A DNA stretch of 64,000 nt from Marsupella aquatica (lineage: Eukaryota; Plantae; Marchantiophyta), in assembly GCA_973895155.1 (NCBI GenBank), contig OZ316896.1:3100001-3164000 (forward strand), read 5' to 3'. The notes beneath the pieces were generated by a model, which saw only the letters and a program-made list of their open reading frames with translations, did no database searches and was not told where the DNA came from. Position 1 is the stretch's first letter. Every line of letters starts with the position of its first letter. A program made the translations under genes and the position numbers. This document shows positions 10,637-24,924 of this stretch, piece by piece.

Positions 10637-11685
10637 GTATACATTATTTGAACTGATTACTTGAAAATCATTCACATACTGATCCACCAGTGTTTAAAAT
10701 AAAAACTTACCCCACAAAAGTAAAGTAAGTAAAACCCTCCTTCCGTCCCTTCCCACTGATTGGTCTTTATCTGCTTTACCTCTTGTGGTTAATTTTACTG
10801 GTAGCCATTCCCTATGTGCTCATGAAAGCAAATGAAAAGTAACCCAGAGCGATTGCAATTGTCCCAAACATGGATGCACTTGGCCCAAGTGACTAGGCTC
10901 CTGCTAGGCTGTGCTGTAGCTAGACATTGGTGGTGAAATACAGCCTTAATGCAGGAGTCTAGGAAAGGAAAATTAAAACACATTCAAAGCTGGGGGGAGG
11001 AACAATCAGGAAAATTGAAATAAAAATACATAATAAAATTGCAAGAAGACAAACTAACTTGAAGTCTCCTGAACAAGGTAACTCCATTAAACTAGTAGCA
11101 TGCTCTTTGGAAACTAGCATTGACTCATGACACCATGGATCCGTTACCATTTTAAATAAAGCAACCCTTCCAACTCTAGCCAATACCAAAACGTGTCTAA
11201 CATCACTTCGTACACCACACAACCAAAATTCCTCACCTGTCAGCCAACTTTCCATTAGAATGATACCAGTAGCATGCTTCACAGAATGGCATGATCAACA
11301 TAATTAACCTACCAATGATTTAACATAGGAAGTTTAGCTCAATTGTACTAGCTGACTACGCTTTGGACTGTTCACCCAAGAATCATAAGTGACACAAGCA
11401 TCTAACACTCCATTCATCTGAGTGATCCAAAACATTTGTTAATCATAAATTGGAGAGTGTCCCCATGGTGTGCATACTTATTGAGAGTTATTGGGGGTGG
11501 TTGGAGCAAAGCTCAAACCTCAGTGTGCACATTGTAGCATCAGAGAGAGTGGCTGATGAAAGGATGTGGTTAGAATGGAAATGCATTGATCTTACCATGG
11601 CATTGCGAAAAACTATGGTCTCTCTACCTCTATGACACCAAAGAAGTTGGACCCTTTTGTCATCTCAAGGCTTCCCACAAGTGAA

Positions 11686-14623
11686 CACTAGTAGAAAAGA
11701 CCCCTAATTCTGACCACTGTTAGGACTATGACCGGTATGACTGTTGTATGACTCAATTTTATACTAGTCATTCTTATGACAATGCGTTATAAGTTTTGCG
11801 ACTCAACCCACTAAGTCATTAGAATGACTTGGGCCTTACTCATATGGAATGACTCATCTAGTTGCAATCTATGACAAGCCAAAGTTTGGCAACTCTCATA
11901 AATAATGATTGAGCCTGTTATATGAAAGGACTCTTAAGGTCATAATTTTCAACCAAAAATGTTATAATCAACAACTTGTTGAGGCTTATTCTTGCTCATA
12001 CATGTAGAAATGAATGACCTATGTAGTCAAGATTTAGGACTCATATAGTGTTACTTAACGATAGGAGTACATGCAATTAACAACAACTGAACAGTGAGTT
12101 TTAAAAGTCATTCACAATGATATACGTTCCAGTCAATCATTAAAAGAATATTCTGAAATGACAAACATACTGAAATATAAACAAATCGAGAGAACAAAAG
12201 GTCATTGTGTTCATGCACAGGTAGAAAAGTAGAAAACATAGTTACAAATCAACACTTAACATTGCATGTAAAGCCATGAGTTACTTTCACAAGGCAACAC
12301 TTCACATTACCTAAGTAGTACTCTTGCATAGTCTTGTCAGTAACTACTGACTTAGACAGTCTGTAATCCATGCCTAATGTAAGCCAATAGTCATATGTTG
12401 CAACTCCAGTAATATAAGTCTCTTAAGTTCACATGGCATACCTATTGTTGCATACTCATGTAACCTCTCACTACACATGCATTCCTGCCCACTGCTACCG
12501 TACTAATGAGCTAGGGAAATTGCTACATATGCCTTTTCTTGGAGTGCTTGCAGGCATTGGTGGTCATTTAAATGAACACTCTCGTGACTCACAATCAACT
12601 GTTGGCCATAGTACCAATGACTGAATTTCATCTGCAACAACTATCTGAGGTGGATCATCAGCCATGTTTGGAAATGGTAATGGATACTTTGGCTTGCTAA
12701 CCAAACTCAAATTAACCACAGAATAACCATTTGGCACTTCCTTACCATGAAATAAGTGATGGTCAACACGTAACAAACCAAAGGCAACTACCTCATGTTG
12801 GGCTGCATGGCCAACCTCTTCAGTCACACCAAACAAATTGTACATTGGCTATGCCTCTACTGTCACTTGCTTGCCGCCCCCAACTTTCCTAGTCTTTCTT
12901 GGGGGTTTGAAATCATTCTTGCGACTAACAATAATTTGGCACTTTGTACGCATTGCAGGTGAAGTGGCACTATTGCTATGCTTCCCATCCACTTCATGCA
13001 TACTTCCATCATCTGCTGCTGAACTGATGTCTCGCACTGTCTTTCTCAATGGGCTTCTCAATCATATATAGGTTCCTCTTGTACATGCCATTTTCTTCTG
13101 TATGGTTTATCCGGGGTTTGTCAGCGAGACTACGTCAGGTCAAGGTTTGGGTTCACAAGTTCCATAAGCTTGACCAATGCACTCAGGAATGGAAAGAAAG
13201 TCTACTGTCTGTCAAACGACAATTGATGAATACATACTTAGTAACTTATGAAACAAAAACATGGATAAGAGGCAGCTACATTACCTCATCAATTGTTGGA
13301 CTTGTGCGCTCTCTACCGGTCCATCGTAGTGTTGGCCTCCTTAGTGTGGGGGATGAACTTCTCCTTTGTTCAACTATACTGAACACATGCAACCATTGGG
13401 AATAGCTTTGTTGGGTCATGTTCATAGAAGCTTAGTGCAGTACCTAAATGTATGCAGTCAAGCGGCCAATTAAGCCAGGGCGGAAAGGAACACTACTATC
13501 AAATGTGGACTGAACAAGCTAAATAGAAATTAATAGTAACAAGTTTTGTATCTCCATGTTACCTAAATCAGCACAAGCGCAACTCCCTTTGAGCAAACTC
13601 AGTGAGATTGAAATGTGGATGCGGGGGAGACTTGAAGTGAAAGTTGGAGGCCTCTGCCTCTGTTATCCAATGACGGGATGCTGCCTCTGCTGTCCAATGT
13701 CATAGCCCGCAGGAGAATTTTAAGTGGCACTATTGCTATGCGCTAGGTTGCGGTTGCAACCTCACACCTGATCCCAGCTTGCAGGCTCTTCTCAATGTCC
13801 TTCAAAGTCCCGCGTGCCACGACTAGGAATGAGTGTGCTGACTGACAGGATGGTATCCAAGGTATGTAACGTTCTTCTTCCATCGGTAACAAAACCTTAA
13901 CACTATATAACAGTAATAATCGGTCACTTATGGAGAAAGGCTAGTATGAACCAGACACGATCAAAGTCTAGGCCACCCTAAGTACCAATAGTCCATTGTG
14001 AGGAGTGTGTGTGATGGCTACGCCAAGGAATTTTTTCCGGTCACACCAGATGCTGGGAACAATGAATTAAAGGGTGTTCACAAAGGAGCAGGATTGATAC
14101 TTTGGGTAAGTCCTAAATTAAGTAATAGCTTTTACAACCTGAATTTGGGGCCATGACATTGGAAAAATAAGCCAAATCAAACCCCATAAATGAACATACA
14201 CACATTCACAAGACTTATTAGCCAGAAGTGGCATGAAATTGTCAATGTGGATGATGCCTCAGAAAATTGATGCAATTTAGGGGACCTGATTAAATGGGGT
14301 ACGGTGGAAATTAAATTGCAATTAGTTTAAGGTGCCTAAACCCAACCCAATTATCAGTGGTCATTTGGAGCAGGATATAATTGCATTCTTGTTTTACATT
14401 GGTTTGGTAACACAATACAAAACAATCCATCATCCAAGTCCCTAACATAGTCATGCACAAGAATGAATCAAGTCATTCTTTTTGATGGCAGTATGCTCCA
14501 ATGGCGGTCATCGTTCATGGAGTAGTGAAAATGACTCCCTTAAATTTGGAGTCATAAAATAATAACTGTGGTTGTTGGAGTCATAAGTGTTCCAATCAGA
14601 ATGAAGGGTCTTTTCTACTAGGG
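11686..14623 (-). mobile_element. Non-autonomous CACTA (En/Spm) element
   Basis: Left TIR CACTAGTAGAAAAGACCCCT; right TIR reverse complement CCCTAGTAGAAAAGACCCTT; 3-bp TSD GAA (11683-85 and 14624-26); subterminal TATGAC-like repeats; TnpA-like fragment inside. Confidence 0.88.
12564..13061 (-). pseudogene. TnpA/TNP1-like C-terminal fragment of the CACTA element
   Basis: VVAFG..LFHGKEVPNGYSVVNL..PLPFP..DDPP..VLWP matches the En/Spm TNP1-type C-terminal pattern. The reading frame is broken. Confidence 0.7.
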
Positions 14624-16201
14624 GAAGGAAGTAGGGAGGCCAGAAGAAGGGGGAAGTGGTAACCCCAGACAAAGATCCATGGCTGTCAACAATTCTTGTG
14701 AAGACATCCACATATGAGGGAAGACAGGATTCACCTGAAGCCAACCCCCTACAGCCTTCCCTTTTGAAGAAAGAATCCAAGCTCTTTTTGTGATAGGTCC
14801 CTCAACCGGGCCCTCAACCAGGATGCTAAAATATATACTTAGGATGAAAGTATGTATATGGGAGGTCTGTGATTTGGTGTGTTTTGAACCTTAGTGTTAG
14901 CAAGGACTTCCCTTTGGCCCTTTTGTCACCATCCCCTAACTTGCCAGCCACTTTGCCTGCCAAATATCCATCTAAGTGATATCTATTAGTCTTTTCAACT
15001 GAATTCCATCATATACTGTTTTAAGCTTAAGTTTATAAAATGAACAAAAAGGAGATTAATAGGTGCAATGCTTTGCCAAGGGGCAGCAGTGGGGGCACTC
15101 CTTGATATTACAAATACATGCAGAGAAAGTGAAGAGGTAAACTCTAATTATATTTGAAAAAATTGAGGACAACATTATTGAGTTCCATATAACTTATTCT
15201 GGGATTTGTTACTTTGTCACTTTTTAGAGAGTTTAATTACTGATATTGTCACTTTTTACTGCTGGTGAACCAAAGCATTCTGGCTAGTTCTTGGGTTAGT
15301 TTGCAATGATCCAAAGATCAACATCACATGAGCTTTTCATCATCAGATGGTCTTAAACATCCTCAAGGTAACCGCAACACTGTCTCTCACCCTTGACCAG
15401 CGAGGACGGGGAAGGGTGCCAGCCAACCAGGAGGGGGCGGGTTGGAGCAAAGTAACAGATCATCCCAAAGTTGAGTGTTGGAAAAGGTGCTGTGGTTAGG
15501 GTGACAGGATGGATGACTCTCCAGGAGTGAAATCGATCGGGTCAGATGTTAATTGTCAAGATTCATTCGTTCTTCTTTTCCAATTTTTTTTGGAGAATGG
15601 GGAACCAAACCCAAGAGGCGCGGCTACGCAACTGACCATCCACCAGGGTTTGAAATATGTATATCAAAGATTTCCAAGACCCTTAGACCAAAAAAAATTA
15701 ATATTTTTCCAGGGCTTGTTCAAAGGGTAGTTTCTCTTTAAAATAAAAATTACATAGGGAGTTACAAGAACTACAAGAACCTTGTACCCATCTCAATCAT
15801 GGCTCAACTACTACAGTACTCGTATTGCTTTGGTCAGGTGAATCATGTGATGTTCGTATCCCAAGAAAGAAGGCAGAAAATGAAATCATGCAATGGTTGA
15901 CATGCGTTGCACATGACCCACCCTCCAGAATCAGGAGCCAAGAACGTAACCCAAGACTCCCCATTCAATGGTTTTGCCTTTTGGCAAATTTACTCAATTG
16001 TTTTCCCAACATTTGGGCTAGCTACCCCTACAAACAAACAATGAGGACTTTTAATTCCAAACTTGCCACCTTCCATACACTTTTGAGACCCTTGTTGCTG
16101 GATCAAACTATACTCCTTAAAGAGAGTTTGAAAGATCTAACAGGGCGGCTTAGACTACCTCATAGGTGACTCACACCCTAGTACATCTCCCACTCTCATA
16201 G

Positions 16202-16227
16202 CTGACTGACTGACTGACTGACTGACT
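16202..16227. repeat. (CTGA)n microsatellite
   Basis: Seen directly. Confidence 0.9.
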
Positions 16228-17099
16228 ACCCTATTCTACTTGGCCCGCACTGAATAAACGTTGATCTCATTTCCTTCCTCCAGCACCATTCTTATCTGGG
16301 ACCGGTAGGACTGGGGAAGCATTTTTTTTATAGTGACTCATTTTTGCCAAAAATCTGCCTTCTCAAATCCTTCGCCATATAGTAGAGCATGTTCATTCTA
16401 GAATGCCTCATTTTGTTTGTCGTGTAGTGACGTGTAAGTGATATAATTTCTTTAGGATAAAATACAAGAGTAAGAGTACACTATATGCAAAGAAATTAGT
16501 ATATGTTAAGAATGATGTGGGTAACATACAACACTAGAAATAGAGCACATGCAAAAATAGTTACATAATGACCCGAGAGAGTACCAGTTTGTGGTACAAA
16601 GAAAGTGAAAAGAAGGAACAGATCAATTGGAATGTGACAAAAGTGAAAGTCTTGTACATTTCTCCTTCTATATTGGTAAATCTATATCTACATGCCAGAC
16701 AACAAAAACGTCAAATCGGGAGACATGGGTTGCAAAGGCCGAGGAACCCAGGGTAGGGCCACTGGTTTGAAAAAAACAATGCCTCTATCCTGACACGAGG
16801 TAACATTCACAAAATTTGGTGACTTAAAAAAATAAAATAAAAATGACCTTGGACTAGGAAATCTACAGTCAACCCTATCTGCAACTCCAAAAAGTCTACA
16901 AGTTTATTCGCACTGGAAGAGTGGAAGTTGTACTGGACTACTGGCGTTCTAAAAGACTTGGGAACCTCGCCCATCAAACCTATCAGAGAGCACCACTGCA
17001 CCAGTGAAATAAGTGAAAATACCTTGAGGGGTGTAAGGTGTCCATGCCGCCTCATCAATCAAATGAGTCATCAAGGCTTCCTGTACTGCCGTTCACTAG

Positions 17100-17285
17100 T
17101 GGCGCAGACTTGGTCTTGGGTTTTGCACCCAACTCAGTTTTGCAAATTTTGGCGTAGACTTGGTCTTGGGTTTTGCACCCAAATCAATGATTTTGAAACG
17201 TTAGAGGAGAGAAATTTCACTCACCAATTCTGCCCGCCTGCCTTGAACCTCGTGGCGCACACTAGATCTTGGGTTTTGCACTAAA
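17100..17285. repeat. Three copies of GGCG(C/T)AGACTTGGTCTTGGGTTTTGCAC
   Basis: Copies at ~17101, ~17151 and ~17254; probably TE subterminal repeats. Confidence 0.75.
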
Positions 17286-19400
17286 ATCAATTTGGAGATT
17301 TGGCTCACAGGTTTTGTTGTGAATTTAGCTCACAAGCGTTTTCAAATGCTTACAGTGTAGAGAGAGATTGAGAGAGAGAAAAGGGCTAACTTGCAGTGAA
17401 TGAACCTCTCTCTGTACAGCTGCCCATCCTGTCATTGCTACACCCCATATTTTACTAATTTTTAGCCTGCAAGGAATGTACAAGTGTTTCCAGCTTTTTC
17501 CAGCGAATCTCAGTCAATTACATCCAACCTCGATTTTTGTCAGGCCTGAGCAAAGTTGAGGAATACTCCTCGTCACTCTCTCTGTTACGGTGCCGTGCCA
17601 TGGAATACGAAGATTGCGTCAGAAGATCCGACGAAATTGGTTACGTACTAAAGCAGGATAACATATTTATAATCAAAATCACTTCAACTTAGTACAGTAC
17701 CTTTTGGCCAACCTGGCTTGCAGAGTGATGATGGCTTTGCCCAAACAGCCTCACAAAGCAGGGTCGCTTTGACAAACTTCTTACTGAGATTGGAATTTAG
17801 TAATAGGGGGCCAATTTATTGACAAAGGGCAAACAAAGCTTGGAATCGAGATTTTTGAGACGGTCATGGAAGAATTGCGATGCTTGTTATCACAATCATC
17901 TCAGTGACGGGCTTTCTAACCACCCTTGACGGCCTTTTGCAGATTTAGCCAGAAATTAGCCCAAAGTTTTTAGGACGACTTCACTTCAAGGGTTTTGATA
18001 GTCTTGCTTTCCATCACAATCAACTCGGCCACGCCCTTCCTATGACCCTTTCATGGTACAGCAAGCTATACTTGGGAGTTGGTCCACTTCTTTACGAGGA
18101 CTTTTCTTCATGCGTTGTCATCGTCTTCCGGCGTTGCCATTCAACGTTTTGGGTCATTGACGTTGGCAGCGTGGCACACACCAGCTCATATTGGATAAGA
18201 TTTTCCAGACCAGAAACAAAAGTACATACAATTCAGGCAAGAACCCCTGTTGCCTAAATTTTGCTTCGTAGGTAGAGAACCCAAGCATATAATGTATTGT
18301 AGTCAGGGTGGGCACTCGTACTGCCACTACCAACTTGTGTAAAGGAGCATTGAATCGGACCAATTTCTTTCGAAGTGCAGGTAAATATGAAACAGTCAAT
18401 GCTTTCGGAGAACATTCCCATTATAAGTGTCCCATGGTTGTTATCAGGTCATATAATTCTAACTTATTTGGAAGGACCGGACTAAAAGTAAAGCAAATCC
18501 AAACCTAAGAAAAAATCGAACAGCGTAGGACAGACCTTGCTGCAGACGACAATTGCTTGCGGTTATGCTCCTAGCAAACTTTTTTTTGAGGTAATATGGT
18601 ATTCCCACAGAAGGGAATACCATACTTCAGAGTAGATCTCGATTCAAACAGTTTCGTTACTCTCTTTTGAAATTGATTCCGTTGTTTTCCGGTGACAAGG
18701 AAGACATGCAAGTTTCCAACCAATGGCTATCTTTTTTTTGACTAATCTGATTCTTCAAGAACCACTGGAGTTGTGTGCTGTTGGTAGGTTCCCCAAACGG
18801 GAAGAATGACAAAGATTATTACCTCGAAGGAACAGTTCTCTCCAAAGCAGCTTGAATAGCTCTAAGAGAGTCTTAGTTCGCGTTCATGAACACACGAAGT
18901 ACAATTCATTTAGTAAAGTTCAACTTCAGGAGTCAACTTGTTAGACTTTATTGATTTCAAGTTGTAGACAATCGGCAGGCCCATAACTCAGTTGACGTCA
19001 ATGTCCCAGCACTGGTAACGAGACTGAGTGCTTGCAATTGCTTCCTAACTTGCAGATATGAGTACTCAAATGAGCGCACAAGACTTACACAGTAGGCATA
19101 CAATGCAGGGTGACAACAGTGCATAGCCGTACCGAGGTGATTGATGTACACAGGTCAGCAGATAAGGGCTATCCTTGAGTCAAGAATCTAATTATTCTAG
19201 TCAACTCTCGAAGGGACAAAACCCCCTCTCCCCCACCAGTGTTTGCTAACACTTGATAGGTTTGTGACGAAGACTGAATTCATGCAATCTGGACTAGTAG
19301 CTGTACAACAAATTTGGCTTTATATCAAAGGAACACAAGTAGGCATTTAGAAGCTAGGGCAGGGTCTACCGTAGTTAAGGTCACATAAAAGCAATTGCTT

Positions 19401-22285
19401 TTAAACAATTTCTCCAGTATCAGCCCTGCGGAGAGTAAATTCTTCCGAGCCTGATGCATGTTGTGGGGATGATACTTGTTGGACTTGACCCGATTGCTGT
19501 GATCCTATGAGCACTTCCAATCGCTGGAGAGAAAAAGGGGTCCATCAATTGCCAAACTCGGTGGTTCACTAAACAATGCATACAGCTGACGGAGGGGAAA
19601 AGAATTTCATTCGCAGAACTGGTAAGCAAGAGGGTACGGAGGAAAGGGGCCTTACTTTCACTGAAGCTTCAATACCGTCCAATCTGCGAAGAATTGATTC
19701 TCCATTAATAGTAACATCATTGTTGTTGTGCATCACCGGTAACGTGGGTGAGTACGCCACCTGTTCCAGCACATATCCCCGTTTAGCGACATTGCAAGAG
19801 AAAAGGCAATCTACTCTATCTCGAGGAGTGGCCGTCTCCGGATTATTCACAATTGGATTGAGAAGGCGCCATACGAACATGACATAGTCACATGTTCAAG
19901 GTATGATTGTCATTGAATCGTCAGCCAAGTTACAGTGAACCCATTGCTGTAATTGAGAGGTGACTGCATCCTCGAGGGTTGTTGCGATAGGTCCACATCG
20001 CATAAGCCGCTAGACGGCAAGGGTTCCTGATAGAAACTTTCTTGTCCATCAGATTCAATTGCTCTGGCTTTCACTACGACAAACAGGAAGGGGTGAAAAT
20101 GATGTACAGAAAGGACTGCGGGACTGTTTTGCTTCGTAACATTTGCAAACAGCCAAACAAAAACAGTGTCCAGCTTTACGGATCTTTTCTATTGTAATTT
20201 TCCAGCAGAAGAAGTCGATGGTTTGGCCCTAGGGCGTGTCCAATTGGGCGCTAGCCTCTTAAGCCAACGTTTCGAATTAAACCTACGAAGGATAAATGAC
20301 TATTTAGCCTCATTAGGTAGAAGAGAGGACGCTGGAGCGTAATTTGCTTCAGCTCGAGTCAAGCGAAATAAGTACCCCATCGTCCAATGATCGTGGACCA
20401 TTTAAGGTGTGCAGGTAGATAAATCCCTGCCAAGCTTTGTCTTCGGGAGTGTTATTTGCTTTTCATTTGGCCAGTTATTGATAAGACGGTGCTCGAGAAC
20501 AGAATTTAGGAGGGATCTCAATGAGAAGGAATTGTCCCCAAACACTTAGAAGAGCCAAGCAGAACTGGACCTGTGCTGACAAGCTTGACAATAACGCACC
20601 TGCCAAGAAGTGAGGCCAGCAACACCCGGTCTCCAAGCCCAGTGTTGAGAATGTCTCGGACCTCGTGACGATTCTAGAGGTGGGGTTTCATAAATATGGG
20701 AGTCCTCAATTCCGCCAGCGATTGGTACGCCGTTTCCAGATACTCGTTCGCCCTTTCTTATACTAGAAGCAGCATTTAGCACTACCTGCATGTGAAAGTA
20801 ACGTCGCTAACGTCAGCCAATTACAACAATGCTTATGCACAACATACGGGCTTGCGATAGGTGCTCCGATAACTTATGTGGGGTAACGGAACAGTAAACA
20901 GGATTCAGCTGAAAGACAGCAAATCTGGAGTTTCCAAGACCCTACTACCCCAACAATCCCAGGGCTTCCTTGACAATCTCTCTGTAGTTTAAACACATCC
21001 ACAACTGGCCACATTTGAAGCATTTAAAAAAAAGTACCCCCTATTTCTTAAGATGCTTACTCGTTTAAATAACGGGGCATTTGTTACTCCTTGAATTCGC
21101 ACGTCGTCACCAGGAGTCGGTCTACTATGACCTGCCATGCCTTCAATCCTTATAGACGAAACTCCATACGATGACTGTAAGCATCCTGCTGCAAAAGTCA
21201 CTCTTAAAGATCTGAGCAAACTGCTCGCAAGTGGCTGAATGTAATTCACGAGAAAGGAGAATGCAGAACACCCTTGTTTTGGACGAGGAATAATTGCATC
21301 TTCAGCTCACTGTAAGACTTGGAAGTTTGCCCATCTGACCATGAATCGTGTTAAAGGGATGCCGTGGTGACAAGCAAGCAACGCCTCTAAATCAGTCAAC
21401 TAAGCCTATTCCTTAAAATTTCTTCTATCAGGGAGACTTCGTAAACCCAAATTTGAAAGCCCTAATGCAAGCCTCCCAAGCTTCAGATCCGAAGACGTAC
21501 CTTGCTCAAGCACGACGTCAGTCACCAAATGTAATAGGACATGTTTCTCGCGTTTCGATACACCAAAACAAGGCAAAAAGACAGGTCTTGTTACCTGCCA
21601 AACAATTGAGAGGGAAGACTCAGCTCCCCGTGATGTATTAAAATATCGAGCCAGAAGTCAAGAATCTCAGTACTGGCATGTGACTATGACGTTGGCAGCA
21701 CCAAATCTTATGTAATCCACAAATGTGTACAAATCGAGAATCTGTGTCATTGCGATCCAACATAAAATCAATGTGATTTGACTCTTGCCCTATAGTGACG
21801 TTCAAATGGATCGGTATTATTTACTTTTGAATACCCATGAGCCGAAAAGACGCCCTTGAGCCAAGTACTCTCTGAGGACAACAACAAGGTAGTTGAAATC
21901 CCTCTCCATTTCAAATGAGAATTTTTACGACAAACCGGCACATAAACAAGAGCGGAGAGGAACAAGAACACACCTTATAGACAATAGCGTTGGCTGTGAC
22001 ATATAGCTTACGGGTCCGGATGTCTTGTCTGACCACATATCTCCTTACGGGAACGTAGAGGAGCATCAGAATGCCCACTCCATAGACTAAAATCAACAGC
22101 AGAGATATAAGAATCCACTGAACTGTGTCATAATTCACATAACTATCTTCCATCTCCGCAAACGATGCCCGATACAATATTCTCCCAAAATCTCCTGTTT
22201 CTTCATCGTCAGTCTGAGAAACAGGGTCTGTAAGAAGCTGCGCTTCTACGTAGTCCCCTTCATTAATTTCTTCCAAGGACCCCAT
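19401..22285 (-). CDS. Conserved plant membrane protein with a bacterial-PH-like (YdbS/bPH_2-type) domain, 6 coding exons
   Basis: Approximate exons 22285-21974, 21593-21500, 21184-21060, 20785-20600, 19760-19656, 19523-19401 join into ..ILYRASFAEMEDSYVNYDT.QW[TM helices]RRYVVRQDIRTRKLYVT..IVYK|VTRPVFLPCFGV.KREKHV.L..V.DVVLEQ|GCLQS.YGV.SIRIE..DDVRIQGV.N..LFKR|..SVK|RLEVLI. Confidence 0.85.
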
Positions 22286-24504
22286 TCAAACTGCACCTGG
22301 CAAAATATCAACTTTTGGGTTAGCAGTTGTATCAAGAAATCATTAGCTGCTTCACTCTATTTTTTGCAGCCTACGTCTAGGTATACAAAATCCTAACTAC
22401 CTGATGACCACCCCTGGCTTTGGAAATATTTACTTGTGAGAGGTTCATCACGATGAGATTCAATTCGTATACTGGTAAACTGCTGCGCTTGCTTACGCCT
22501 GCTGCAACTAGAAACCCACCAAATTTCCAGGGTTGTCCTCTCACTTAAAACGGTTAACAGTTTCGGCATCAAATTTGGTTGGAGTTACCACCAAATAACC
22601 ACCGACAGAGGAGTCCTGTGGCCAACACGGGGAAGATACACTTAAGTTCACATGCCTATTCAACCTACGAGCTCCTTTGCTCCCGAACGACAACCGACTT
22701 TTCAGCAGTCAAACCATCCGGCAGTGAGTGTAGTCGGCAGGCTGTCTTTCAGATACATCCCCCAAAGACGCCCCAATCTCCGAAGCCTCCTAAAATCGGC
22801 AAGAAATGGCCGCGCTCTGCTCGGATGCTTGACGGTCATCTGTTCATGAGCAATCGCTAAATGAGCTTTCAAAGTTACGTCCTCTATCAGGGTAGAAATT
22901 CCTGCGGGAATTTGCAAACATTTCACGAGCATTTCGAACGACTTCGAGAATTGTCAAAGCCGGAATCAGCTGCAGGATCTTCCATCCATTCAGCATTTGA
23001 AAATACGTCTCATTAGGGAAAATCGCCGGAGGTGGGATCTGACACGGAAAGTGAAAGAATTTTCTTCCTCAATTACTTGCAAGCGGCCTAACGAGCGAAC
23101 CATATGCATTGGTAGCGAATAACTTTTGTAGAAGAATGATCCACTCCTCTCATGTGTGAAGATTTACTAATTTTACTATGTTTTTCCAATCCCAAAACCC
23201 TGTGACTAAACCAGAACAACTGCTTTTTCAATCCCTACCATTCTTGTAGCAAATGTACCCACTCTGATTCTGATAATAAATATCTTATTATTTGGCATGT
23301 TCATGTGGGAATCGACGAGATTTTGGTCCAACTTGTGGGCTGGAGCCCCCCCGTGGATCCAAATGGGCAGACCGCTAAAACGTAAAATCATACAGTACAG
23401 TATCAATTCCCACCATCCACTGAGCTATGTGCTCGGCTGTCCATCATCTCTGGACACCTCCACGGAAAACGCGAAAAGCAACTTTGCACATCAGACGGGA
23501 AGTGCGAGAGACCGCCTTCCGCTCATTGAAGGGGAAATAAGTGCCCAATTATGACAATCCAGTCCATCCCTCGAAACCATCCAAAACTGTAAGGGGAATT
23601 CCTCTCCAGGAGCAGTTCTTTACTCTCTTTCAATTCACTCTTGTTGTTCAACAAAAGATGCATCCCAATCACAACGAAACATTAAAACAGAGCATACGAC
23701 CAGAAAAAAACCGAGTGCACGCACAGGACGAGGTTCTCGCTCTGTAAACCCTCAAGGCATATGTTGAGAAATTCCATCTCTCCCGTCCTAATCCCCGCAC
23801 AGCATCCCAGTGAACACCCTTCTAACTCCAATATCTTTCCCGCGTTTGAAACTCAAAATGTAGAAAAGTAGGAAATCAAAACGTCGTTGATCCACAGGAC
23901 AAGGATCTGGGCCTTCACAGCTCACGATGCCAATCAATAACGCATGACAAATGAGAAATTCATTCCCTTGCTTCCTAGTTAACTATCCCCTGTACGCCAT
24001 ACCAGGCGAACCGAATTCTACGACTAGAAATGAGAAAAAAGAAAACAGAACTTCGCCGAGCAACAGGCGAGGATCACGTTCCGTAGAGCCTAAGACTGCT
24101 ACCAAGCGAAAAGGCAGAGTGAAACCAAAAATTCCATCTCTCCTGACGATCCCAATCGAATCCCCCAATGCCTCCAAATTTCCACCTCGTCTGACACTGA
24201 CTCCGTAATAAGAAAACAGTGAACACAACCTCGTCGACCCATAACGCGAGGGGAACCACTCAAGTGCTAATCTCTTCTATTGCAGTAAACCCTCCAAACG
24301 TTCCAGTCCAATTCCTTCGAACCCGAACTTCTGCTTCATCAAAATCTGATTCTGGAACAAGAAAACTGAAAACCCAAGAGGGCAAGCAAATCCGAAGACG
24401 AGCTCGAAAACCCAATTGCTGAAACCGGAACGCAATCGCACGAACCTAGATTTGATGCCACGCAGTGGTGGACAATCCGTCTCCCCAGTGCATCATCCGC
24501 CGTA

Positions 24505-24900
24505 CCCCTCAAAACCTTCGTCGAGTCAGAAGATCATTCACTCCGCTTCCCGGTTCTCACAACGGCGGCTGCTGCTGCTGCAGAGAATAAGAAGAAGAAA
24601 AAGACGTGATGACGGTGATGATGATGCCCTCTGCTGCTTTCCCTCCTCCACGACGCCGCGCGATTCCGCCTCTCGAAAAGCCATAGAGACCCCTCTCGGA
24701 AAGCGGGCACTGTACAGTTCGCTGACTTGTGTGCTTTCCTTGCGAGCGAGAATCAAGAATAGTCAAGAAGCGAGCGGGAATGGGAACGAGGAGAAAGTGG
24801 TGATCATGATAGCAAATCATTCCCTCCTCCGATCCGAAACGAGCGCATGAATCGTCACCACAGCGAAGCAAAGCTAAGGAAGGCGAAGCAGAGCGCACGA
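24505..24900 (-). other. Probable non-coding first exon of the 19401-22285 gene
   Basis: CpG-rich, minus-strand CT-rich leader. Donor GAGGG|GTACG at ~24504; an acceptor lies just upstream of the ATG (~22297). Confidence 0.45.
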
Positions 24901-24924
24901 GAGAGGGAGGGGAAGCTGTGACGA

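Noticed and set aside
10700-11680. PHD-like or protease gene fragment
   Set aside because: A lone C..C...FHH.CL-like stretch among stops; insufficient evidence.
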